From positions 1 to 48,674 of the forward strand of contig JASKLF010000011.1 in assembly GCA_030153785.1 (NCBI GenBank): a stretch of 48,674 nt of DNA. The letters are read 5' to 3'. This document shows positions 8,065-16,409 of the stretch, piece after piece (within the stretch, counting starts at the first letter, position 1; every line of letters starts with the position of its first letter). The DNA is from a bacterium. GTDB taxonomy: Bacteria > Synergistota > GBS-1. The translations under genes and the position numbers were made by a program. The notes below the pieces were generated by a model. That model saw nothing but the letters and a program-made list of their open reading frames with translations. It was not told the DNA's origin and did no database searches.

Positions 8065-10407
8065 ATGGCATCAACCCCTTCCATTCAGTTTGGTGGTTTG
8101 GTATCGGGGTTGGACACCTCTTCCATAATAGAACAACTTATGGAAGTGGAAAGACAGCCCTTAAACAGGCTGGAGGAAAGGATAAATTATCTCACTTGGA
8201 AGAAGGAGGCTCTTCTTGAGGTAAATAATTCTTTGTTGTCTTTGTATAACTCTGTTAGTGACCTTACTTTTTCTATCACCTTCACCTCCCGGACTGTTGA
8301 AACTACAGATGAAGATGTTGTAACTGGTAGAGCTACTAATTATGCTTCTCCCGGGAGTTACGAAATTGAGGTTCTCCAACTTGCTTATGGTGAAAGATTA
8401 AGTGGTAGTGTCTTTTCTGATACCAGCGCTCCTATAGGGACGGGTTCCGGGTTGGGAAGTTATACTTTTTATGTCAATGGCGTTTCTATTACAGTTAGCG
8501 ATGCTTATACTTTGGATGAAGTTAAAGAAGCGATTAATTCTGTTTCGGACCAGACTAATGTAAGGGCTTACATTCTTGGTGGAAGGCTTATATTAGAAAG
8601 TACCGAGACGGGGTCTTCTGCTACTATAGCTTTGACCGATTCTGCTGACCTTTCGGGTGGAACTGGTCCAAGTGAAGTTTTGGAATCTTTGGGTATATTG
8701 ACCGACACTAAGGAAAAGGCTAATGTTCTTCAGCAGGCTCAAGATGCCCTCTTTGAGGTTAACGGTGTTAGTATCACCTCTTCCACCAATACCGTTGAAA
8801 ACGAATTGGAAGAGGTAACCCTTTATCTTCAGGGAGTGGGGACTGCGAGAATAACTGTCGGCTATGATGTTGATAGGGCAGTTGAGGCTATGAATAACTT
8901 TGTTAACCAGTATAACGAAACTATTGATCTTTTGAATAGATACCTTTCAGAGGAAGTAGTTATAGATCCTCAGACAGAAGAGGAGCAAAGGCAAGGAATT
9001 TTAAGAGAGGAAACGAGTTTAAGATTGCTATTTTATAGGTTAAGAGACGAGATAACAAGAAGAGTTCCTGGAATAGAAGGATTGGAGATAGCGAGCCAAG
9101 TTGGGCTTTCAACGGGAGCGTGGACTATAGGAGAAGAGGCAATAGAGCAGGCTAAGACAGGGCATCTTGAGTTTGATGAAGAAGTCTTTAGAGAAGCTAT
9201 GGAAAGCGATCCGTTGAAGGTTTATAGGCTTTTTGCTGCTGAGGGACAGTATATAGAATCTGAGAGCCTGACAGAGTATAAGGTGGGAAGCCCCATAGGC
9301 TTATGGCATTTCGATGAAAGGCTTGGTAACGCTTCTTACGATTACTCCGGTAATGGACTTGATGCTCAGGTTGTAGGAGCTACCAGGGTCTTGGATGGCG
9401 GAAATTATGCCTTATCCTTCAATGGCGTTTCGGACTACGTCAGCATAGCTTCGAACTCGCTCCTCGATATGACCGATTCCGTTACTCTTGAGGCATGGAT
9501 TAAGCCTGCAAGTATAGGTGGTCTTCAGACCATTCTTGCCAAAGGGGATGATACGGGAACCAACTATGGTTTGCGTCTCAACGGGAGTGAGATCGAATTT
9601 TTCTATACCGACTCTGGGGGAGCGGAACATATCTATAGGACTTCTCTTGCAAGTATAGCAAGCGGAAATTGGTATCACGTTGGTGTAACTTTTTCCTTTG
9701 GAGAGGGCGATTCTATAAATATAGTTGTGAACAACAGTTCTGTTTCAGGTAGCTGGGTGGTAGGTGATGGAAGTGGTCTGGCTCAAGTTAATTCTTCTAG
9801 CTTAACCATTGGCTTGGCCAATAACTATTCAGATAAGAATCCCTTTAATGGTATAATAGATGAGGTGGCAATTTATGGCTCTGCTTTAAACTCCTCTCAG
9901 ATCGCGGAAAGATATTCCGCTTCAAGGAGAACGGTTTACTATCTTAGCTCGACGCCAGTTTCTATGGAACAGCCACCGGTTTTGAAGGTTAACGGTACAA
10001 GCTATACCCTTGTGGCTGGTATTCCTGAGAGCGGAGAGTTCAGTTTGGACTACACGACGGGTAAGATTTTGCTGGGAAATGCGCCTGCTTTGGGGGCAAG
10101 TGTGAGCGCGAGTTACGTGGGAGACGCGGAAAACGAGGATTACTGGGGAATAGCTCGGAGATTAAAGGAGATTCTTTATGATTATACAAGATGGGGAGGA
10201 ATAATCCTCTCTACAGCAGGAACCGGCGGAACCATAGATCAGCAGCTTAATCGGCTTGAAAAAGAGAAAGCGGACCTTGAGGCGAGATTAGCTGAGAAGG
10301 AAAGCTTTTTGTGGAATAAGTTCGTGGCCCTTGAGGAGGCTTTAAGCAATTTGCAGAGCCAAAGCAATTGGCTTACGGCTTATTTGGCAAATCTGGCTGG
10401 TTCATAA
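8065..10407 (+). CDS. fliD: Flagellar filament cap FliD with inserted LamG-like and beta-rich domains (780 aa)
   Basis: N-term FGGLVSGLDTSSIIEQLMEVERQP, QAQDA/SSTNTV, FVNQYNE, C-term KFVALEEALSNLQSQSNWL; ~290-aa insertion at aa ~395-684. Confidence 0.93.
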   Translation: MASTPSIQFGGLVSGLDTSSIIEQLMEVERQPLNRLEERINYLTWKKEALLEVNNSLLSLYNSVSDLTFSITFTSRTVETTDEDVVTGRATNYASPGSYEIEVLQLAYGERLSGSVFSDTSAPIGTGSGLGSYTFYVNGVSITVSDAYTLDEVKEAINSVSDQTNVRAYILGGRLILESTETGSSATIALTDSADLSGGTGPSEVLESLGILTDTKEKANVLQQAQDALFEVNGVSITSSTNTVENELEEVTLYLQGVGTARITVGYDVDRAVEAMNNFVNQYNETIDLLNRYLSEEVVIDPQTEEEQRQGILREETSLRLLFYRLRDEITRRVPGIEGLEIASQVGLSTGAWTIGEEAIEQAKTGHLEFDEEVFREAMESDPLKVYRLFAAEGQYIESESLTEYKVGSPIGLWHFDERLGNASYDYSGNGLDAQVVGATRVLDGGNYALSFNGVSDYVSIASNSLLDMTDSVTLEAWIKPASIGGLQTILAKGDDTGTNYGLRLNGSEIEFFYTDSGGAEHIYRTSLASIASGNWYHVGVTFSFGEGDSINIVVNNSSVSGSWVVGDGSGLAQVNSSSLTIGLANNYSDKNPFNGIIDEVAIYGSALNSSQIAERYSASRRTVYYLSSTPVSMEQPPVLKVNGTSYTLVAGIPESGEFSLDYTTGKILLGNAPALGASVSASYVGDAENEDYWGIARRLKEILYDYTRWGGIILSTAGTGGTIDQQLNRLEKEKADLEARLAEKESFLWNKFVALEEALSNLQSQSNWLTAYLANLAGS

Positions 10408-10429
10408 TAGATTAAAAGGAGGAAGTTAT

Positions 10430-11035
10430 ATGGTAAAGGTTTTTGTTGATGAGGAAGAGCGGGTTGACCTTGAGGACATGGAAGTGAGCGAGGTTGTGTC
10501 CAGGGTAGAAGAAGAATTAAAAAGGGACGGCAAGGTGATCATGCGAGTTGAGCTTGATGGACAGCCTTTAGGGGAAAGGAAGCTCGAAGAGATCGATTTA
10601 AGGGGGGTTAGGGAGATAGCTTTTTTTAGTAAGAGCGTGAGCGAGCTTGTGAAAGAATCGTTGGCGGACCTTCAAGTTTATCTTCCCCGACTTTCGGGTG
10701 GCTTAAAAGATATCGCCTCTTTATTTAGGCTTGGCGAGTTTAAGAAGGCTTTGGGACTTCTTCCTAAGGCAGTGGAGGGGGTTGGCTGGCTCATAAAGGT
10801 TTTCGAGTACACGGCCTTGCTTTTAGGGGTCGAATGGAAAACGTTAAAGGATGTGGATTTTGAAAGGGAAAGAGATGCTGTCGTTTCTAAACTTGGGGAG
10901 GTTTCCAAGGCGCTTGAAGATAGGGATTTTATAAGACTCTCAGACCTTTTAGCTTACGAGGTAGCTCCTGTAATTGAGGGTTGGGAGAAGATAGCTGATT
11001 ACCTTTTATCTTTAGCTCAGCAAGTGCGTCATTAG
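10430..11035 (+). CDS. Helical hypothetical protein of flagellar/glycosylation locus
   Basis: 201-aa ORF with strong AGGAGG SD. C-terminal ALEDRDFIRLSDLLAYEV resembles uncharacterised proteins recalled from flagellin glycosylation loci. Confidence 0.7.
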   Translation: MVKVFVDEEERVDLEDMEVSEVVSRVEEELKRDGKVIMRVELDGQPLGERKLEEIDLRGVREIAFFSKSVSELVKESLADLQVYLPRLSGGLKDIASLFRLGEFKKALGLLPKAVEGVGWLIKVFEYTALLLGVEWKTLKDVDFERERDAVVSKLGEVSKALEDRDFIRLSDLLAYEVAPVIEGWEKIADYLLSLAQQVRH

Positions 11036-11040
11036 TGGGT

Positions 11041-11634
11041 ATGGTTAAAGCGGCCTTTATAGACAGGGATGGAACTGTTCTTGATAACATGGGATACCTT
11101 AACCATCCTGCACGAGTGAGGCTCCTTCCGGGCGTAGCTTGTGGTATAAGGCTTCTTAGGGAAGCAGGCTGGAAGATTGTAGTTATCACAAACCAGGGTG
11201 GCATAGAAAGAGGATATTATACCCATGATGTTTTGCACATTATAAACTTACGGATGCTTGAGCTTCTATGGGCGGAGGGTGCTCTTATAGATGCCTTGTA
11301 TTATTCCCCTTTTGTGAGTGAGTCTCCCTGTAAAAAGCCTAACACTGGGATGATAGAGAGAGCGGTGAGAGAGCTCGGCATAGATTTGAGGTCTTCCTTT
11401 GTGGTTGGAGATCAGCTTATAGACTTGGAGCTTGCGAGGCGAGCAGGATGCCCATCTATACTTGTTTTAACGGGCTTTGGTTTGGGCTTTTACGAATACA
11501 TGCGTGACAAAGTGGAAGAGTTATCCCCCATATTTATAGGAGAGGACCTGTTAGAGGTTGCTGAATGGGTGGTGAACGGTGAAGGTTCTTATTACCTCGG
11601 CCTCAAGAAAGGTGGTGTTGGTAAGGAGCTTTAA
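11041..11634 (+). CDS. GmhB-like HAD phosphatase (heptose-bisphosphate phosphatase family)
   Basis: DRDGT, VITNQGGI, KKPNTGM, VGDQLID motifs. Confidence 0.85.
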   Translation: MVKAAFIDRDGTVLDNMGYLNHPARVRLLPGVACGIRLLREAGWKIVVITNQGGIERGYYTHDVLHIINLRMLELLWAEGALIDALYYSPFVSESPCKKPNTGMIERAVRELGIDLRSSFVVGDQLIDLELARRAGCPSILVLTGFGLGFYEYMRDKVEELSPIFIGEDLLEVAEWVVNGEGSYYLGLKKGGVGKEL

Positions 11635-12523
11635 ACGGTACGCAACCGTTTATGTTACCGATATAGACCCTCTCTCTCCGGCCATTTACATGGCCGATTT
11701 TTTTTATAAAGCCCCTTTTACTCTATCTCCTGAATTTTCTGATTTTATACTCGATCTCGTAGATAGAGAGGAAATTAATATGGTTGTTCCGACAACTGAC
11801 GATGACCTTACAGTGGTTGCTTCCTTAAGGGAACAGCTTATCGAAAGGGGAGTTTTCCCTTTAGTCTCTTCTTTGGAAGTAGTTTCGATCTGTAATGACA
11901 AGATTAAAACCTATGGCTTCTTTAAGAAGAATGGTATTCCTACCCCGGAGACCTTCCCTGTCGAGGAGATAAAAGGGAAGGGTCCCCTTCCTTTTAAGGC
12001 GGTATTTAAAAAGAGATTTGGCAGAGGTAGTAGAGGGCTCTTTTACCTTAATGAGGGTGACCTTCCTTCCGAAAATATAGGTGAGGACTATATCGTTCAG
12101 CGTTACATAGAGGGAAAGGAGTTTACGATAGACTCTTTTGTTGATTCAAGGGGGAATGTAATTTCCGTGGTTCCAAGGGAAAGGATTTTGGTAAGTGACG
12201 GCGTTTCCGTTCGAGGGAGGACGGTAAAGTCGGAAGAGCTTATCATGTGGGGCAGGAATATTTGTGAACTTCTTAGACCTTTGGGGCCCGTTAATATCCA
12301 GTGTATCTGGGGGAAGGAAGGAATTTTTTTCACCGAGATTAACCCTCGTTTTTCAGGGGGAATAGCTTTGACCTTGGCTGCTGGAGCGGACTTCATTAAA
12401 TGGAGTATAGACCTGGCTTATGGAAGAGAAATAACCCCCTTGCCCGATTTTGAGGAGCTTTATATGAGCTGTTATAATGAGCCGATTTTTTTTAAGCTTC
12501 CCATGGAGGGGAAAAAGTTTTGA
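11579..12523 (+). CDS. ATP-grasp domain ligase (carbamoyl-phosphate-synthase-like, glycan-cluster type)
   Basis: CNDKIKT, GRGSRG, VQRYIEGKEFTID, TEINPRFSGG; overlaps the upstream gene by 56 nt. Confidence 0.85.
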   Translation: MKVLITSASRKVVLVRSFKRYATVYVTDIDPLSPAIYMADFFYKAPFTLSPEFSDFILDLVDREEINMVVPTTDDDLTVVASLREQLIERGVFPLVSSLEVVSICNDKIKTYGFFKKNGIPTPETFPVEEIKGKGPLPFKAVFKKRFGRGSRGLFYLNEGDLPSENIGEDYIVQRYIEGKEFTIDSFVDSRGNVISVVPRERILVSDGVSVRGRTVKSEELIMWGRNICELLRPLGPVNIQCIWGKEGIFFTEINPRFSGGIALTLAAGADFIKWSIDLAYGREITPLPDFEELYMSCYNEPIFFKLPMEGKKF

Positions 12524-13275
12524 GAATACTGGGGTTAATTCAAGCTAGGATGGGGTCTAAAAGATTGCCTGGCAAAGTCCTTGCAGAGCTTGATGGAAGG
12601 CCTCTCATTTTTGCCCTGCTTGATAGGTTGAGATGGTCAAAAAGGGTAGATTCTTTCGTTGTTGCTACTACAGTGCTTCCTGAAGATGACGCTTTGGTTG
12701 AGGTTTTAAGGGGCAAGGGATTTCAGGTGTTTAGAGGACATCCAATAGATGTCCTTGATAGGTTTTATAAAGCTGCTTCCCTGTTGGAGGCTAACTATAT
12801 TGTTAGGATTACCGCCGATAATCCTCTTACCGATCCCGGGCTTATGGATGAGGCAGTTATGACTGCTTTGGTTAAAAGAGCTGACTATGTGAGCTTTGTT
12901 AACCTACCCCTTGGGGTGTATCCCGAGGTAGTATCTTTTAAAGCTCTTGAGAGAGCCTACAAGGAGGCTAAGGCTCCCTATCAGAGAGAGCATGTGACCC
13001 CCTATATAAATGAAAGTCCCGATAAATTTAACCTGATTTTTCTTGAAACAGATCTTGGATTAGGATGTGATGGTCTCAGATTAACGGTGGATTATCCTGA
13101 GGACCTTGAGCTTATGAGAATCGTATTTAAAGAGATGATGAAGAAAAGGGGAAGGTGGGGTATAAAGGAAGTGTTGGAGTTTTTGAGATCTAACTCTGGG
13201 CTATTGCTTTTAAATAGGCATCTTTCTCAGAAGAGCAAGTTTGAGGTGGACGAAGGGTGGGGTAGAGATGGTTAA
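12520..13275 (+). CDS. SpsF-like cytidylyltransferase (CMP-nonulosonate synthetase family)
   Basis: IQARMGSKRLPGKVL, DVLDRF, RITADNP, REHVTPYI, RLTVDYPED. Confidence 0.9.
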   Translation: MRILGLIQARMGSKRLPGKVLAELDGRPLIFALLDRLRWSKRVDSFVVATTVLPEDDALVEVLRGKGFQVFRGHPIDVLDRFYKAASLLEANYIVRITADNPLTDPGLMDEAVMTALVKRADYVSFVNLPLGVYPEVVSFKALERAYKEAKAPYQREHVTPYINESPDKFNLIFLETDLGLGCDGLRLTVDYPEDLELMRIVFKEMMKKRGRWGIKEVLEFLRSNSGLLLLNRHLSQKSKFEVDEGWGRDG

Positions 13276-14269
13276 GGTTGGAAGAAAGTTTGTGGGAGTG
13301 GGAGCTCCTTGTTTCGTCATTGCTGAGGCGGGAATAAATCACAACGGGGATGTAAATCTGGCTAAAGAGCTTATAAGACAAGCTGCTAAGAATGGGGCCG
13401 ATGCTGTTAAGTTTCAGTTATTTCACGCGGAAAATCTTGTTGAGGAAGGAACCCCTGAGTTTGAGATGTTCAAGAAATGCGAGTTACCAAAGGATGCGTG
13501 GAAGGAATTAGCCCTTCTTGCGGAAAGAGAGGGGATAACTTTTATGGCCACACCTTTCGATCTTGAGGCCGTTAGTTTGCTGGAGGAACTTGGGACTCCT
13601 GCTTATAAGATAGCTTCTGGTGACATTACCAATTATGAGCTTATAAGCAATGTTGCGAGAAAGTGGAAACCCGTTTTTTTGTCTACAGGTGGGGCTACTC
13701 TTGAGGAAATCAGGCTGGCTGTGGATTGTATATACGGCGAGGAAAACGACAGAATCATACTCCTACATTGCGTTTCATGCTATCCTGCCCCTCTCGAAAG
13801 CTTAAACTTGAAAGCTATTGATGATTTATGGGAGCATTTTCGCATTCCCGTTGGTTTTTCTGATCATAGTATAGGGATCGATGCGGCTTTGGTAGCTGTA
13901 TCAATGGGAGCTGTGGCTATAGAAAAGCATTTTACGATAGATAAATCCTTGCCAGGGCCAGATCACCATCATTCCTTAATCCCCGATGAGCTTTCCGAGA
14001 TGGTTAAAAAGATAAGAAAGATTGAGAAGATGTTCGGAAGCGGGAGGAAGGAGCCGATGCCTTGTGAGTCTGAGGTAAGAGTTAAGGGAAGAAGAGGGAT
14101 TAAGGCAGCCGTTGATATTCCTAAAGGGACGCCTATAGAGAGGAGGATGTTAGCTCTTGTTAGGCCCAAGAGGGGAATAGGAGTGGAGGACCTTCAGAAT
14201 GTTTTGGGTAAGAAGGTAGCAAGAGATATCAGGAGAGGGGAGGACCTTCGTTGGGAGGACTTAATATAA
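13268..14269 (+). CDS. NeuB/PseI/SpsE-family nonulosonic acid synthase with C-terminal SAF domain
   Basis: IAEAGINHNGD, DAVKFQ, YKIASGD, LHCVSCYP, GFSDHS, IEKHFT, GPDH. ATG 13268 chosen over GTG 13241. Confidence 0.93.
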   Translation: MVKVGRKFVGVGAPCFVIAEAGINHNGDVNLAKELIRQAAKNGADAVKFQLFHAENLVEEGTPEFEMFKKCELPKDAWKELALLAEREGITFMATPFDLEAVSLLEELGTPAYKIASGDITNYELISNVARKWKPVFLSTGGATLEEIRLAVDCIYGEENDRIILLHCVSCYPAPLESLNLKAIDDLWEHFRIPVGFSDHSIGIDAALVAVSMGAVAIEKHFTIDKSLPGPDHHHSLIPDELSEMVKKIRKIEKMFGSGRKEPMPCESEVRVKGRRGIKAAVDIPKGTPIERRMLALVRPKRGIGVEDLQNVLGKKVARDIRRGEDLRWEDLI

Positions 14270-15411
14270 AGGGGGTTCCCTTTTTCAAACCTTCTATAAG
14301 AGATGAGGAGATAGAAGGGGTAACCGAGGTCTTAAAGAGTGGATGGCTTACGAAGGGAAAGGTAACGGAGGAATTTGAGAAAGAGTGTATGAAATTTCTT
14401 TCGGCTTCAGCGTGCCTTGCTGTTTCCTCGGGAACCGCGGGTCTTCATCTTGCCCTGTTGGGCTTAGGTTTAAGGCCGGGCGATGAGGTTATAACAACTT
14501 CCCTGACCCATGTTGCCACGGTTCAGTCAATACTCTATGTGGGAGCTAAACCTGTTTTTGCAGACATAGAACCTGAGACGATGAACATCTCTCCTGATGA
14601 GGTGCTGAAAAAGGTTACTCCGAAAACGAAGGCTATCCTTCCCGTTCACTTTGCGGGACATCCCTGCGATATGGATGCTCTTCGAGAGATAGCCCAGAAG
14701 TATGGGTTATCCATAGTTGAAGATGCTGCTCATGCCTTTGGTGCTTCCTATAAGGGAAAGCCCTTGGGAAGTAACGGCTTTGGGGATATAACCGTTTTTA
14801 GCTTTTACCCTAACAAACCTATAACGACTGGAGAGGGAGGCTTAATATGCGGAGAGAAGGAGAGAATAGATAAAATTAGAGTATTGTCTCATCACGGTAT
14901 TGTTTACCCTTCCCGTGGACGCTTATGGAGATACGATGCTGTGGAGCTCGGTTATAAGTATAACTTTACGGATATCCAAGCTGCCATCGGTTTAGCTCAG
15001 CTTCGTAAATCCGAAAAGCTGTTGTTAAGAAGAAAAAGGATATTTGAGCGGTATAATGAAGCTTTTAAACATGAAGAGGCCTTGATAACACCTGTTATAA
15101 AAGATTACGCCTCTCCTTCCTATTATATATATCCTCTAAGACTTAACTTAAGGGCCTTAAAGTGCTCTCGAGATGAGTTTGCCTTCGCTCTTGAGCAGGA
15201 AGGAGTGGGTATTAGTGTTCATTATTCTCCTCCTGTCCATCTCCATTCTTACTATCGCAGGACCCTTGGTTTAAGAGAAGGCGACCTACCCGTGACAGAG
15301 GAGGCTTCAAGAAGCGAGCTTAGTCTTCCCCTTTATCCTGACATGAGAGACGAGGAAATCGATTTTGTAGTTGAGAGAGTGTTTAAACTTATTAAGTCAT
15401 TTAAGAGGTGA
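14251..15411 (+). CDS. DegT/DnrJ/EryC1/StrS sugar aminotransferase (PseC/SpsC-like)
   Basis: SSGTAGLHLAL, VEDAAHAFG, FSFYPNKPITTGEGG (PLP Lys), LSLPLYP. Confidence 0.93.
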   Translation: MGGLNIKGVPFFKPSIRDEEIEGVTEVLKSGWLTKGKVTEEFEKECMKFLSASACLAVSSGTAGLHLALLGLGLRPGDEVITTSLTHVATVQSILYVGAKPVFADIEPETMNISPDEVLKKVTPKTKAILPVHFAGHPCDMDALREIAQKYGLSIVEDAAHAFGASYKGKPLGSNGFGDITVFSFYPNKPITTGEGGLICGEKERIDKIRVLSHHGIVYPSRGRLWRYDAVELGYKYNFTDIQAAIGLAQLRKSEKLLLRRKRIFERYNEAFKHEEALITPVIKDYASPSYYIYPLRLNLRALKCSRDEFAFALEQEGVGISVHYSPPVHLHSYYRRTLGLREGDLPVTEEASRSELSLPLYPDMRDEEIDFVVERVFKLIKSFKR

Positions 15412-16397
15412 AGGGTTTGTCTCTCCAAGAGAAGATAGAGAGAATATTGAAAAATCAAAATCTCTCTATAGGTCTTCCTAGCTATACAATTCGGGGAAGG
15501 TGGTGGTTTAAGCCCTTTGACCATTTGGATTTTTGGGATTTAGGGTTTTTCATTGGACTACTTCTTAAGTTTGATGAATTTAAAGCTGTGGGGCTTAAGC
15601 TTCTGGAGATGCTTGAGGAAAGGATATACCCTTTAAATCATAATCTGGGTTTTTTATTTTATAGCTCTTTCGTTCCGGCCTATCTTGAAACGGGTTCTAA
15701 TAAGTTAAAACACAGAATAAAGGCTGAGGCTGAAAGGATGGCTTCCCTCTTTAATGAAGAGCTTGGATTCATACCGATGGATGGTCCCGGCGGGGATAGT
15801 ATAGCGATTGATACTTTGGCTTCTCTTGAGTTTCTTTGGTGGGCCTCAAGAGAGTATGGTTCTTTTAAGTTTTCGGATATTGCCATGAGACATGCTTTGA
15901 GTTCTTTGAAGTTCCTTTTGCGCCAAGATGGCTCAACCTTTCATATATGTTCTCTGAGTAAAGGACCCATAAGAGGTCAGGGATTAAGTTCCTTAAGTTG
16001 TTGGTCAAGGGGAGCTGCATGGGGCGCATTGGGTTTCTTGAGAGCGTATGAGGAGACGAAGGAGAACCTTTTTAAGGAAGCTTGTGAAAGGATACTTCGG
16101 TTTGCGATGAGTAATGTAAATGAAGATGGCGTTCCCCCTTGGGATTTTTGCGACAAGGATGGACCCAAGGACACTTCAGCTGGTGCGATATTTTTAAAGG
16201 TTCTTTCTTCCTTTAATGGAGATTTCTCGCTTTGGAGGGAGTCTCTTCACAGAAGCCTTTCCATCAAGTATGTTGCCAAGGAGGAAAATTGGGAAGGTTT
16301 TCTTAAAGGGGGGTGTTATCATTACCACTGGAAGAAGGGAATAGATGAAAGCTTAATTTGGGGAGATTTCTTTGCGTTAGATGTCTTGGAATTGTGA
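15408..16397 (+). CDS. Glycoside hydrolase family 88-like (unsaturated glucuronyl hydrolase fold) protein
   Basis: HNLGF, AIDTL, LLRQDGSTFH, QG..S.SCWSRGAAW, DTSAGAI, ESLIWGDFF. Confidence 0.8.
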   Translation: MKGLSLQEKIERILKNQNLSIGLPSYTIRGRWWFKPFDHLDFWDLGFFIGLLLKFDEFKAVGLKLLEMLEERIYPLNHNLGFLFYSSFVPAYLETGSNKLKHRIKAEAERMASLFNEELGFIPMDGPGGDSIAIDTLASLEFLWWASREYGSFKFSDIAMRHALSSLKFLLRQDGSTFHICSLSKGPIRGQGLSSLSCWSRGAAWGALGFLRAYEETKENLFKEACERILRFAMSNVNEDGVPPWDFCDKDGPKDTSAGAIFLKVLSSFNGDFSLWRESLHRSLSIKYVAKEENWEGFLKGGCYHYHWKKGIDESLIWGDFFALDVLEL

Positions 16398-16409
16398 TAT
16401 AATATTTCT

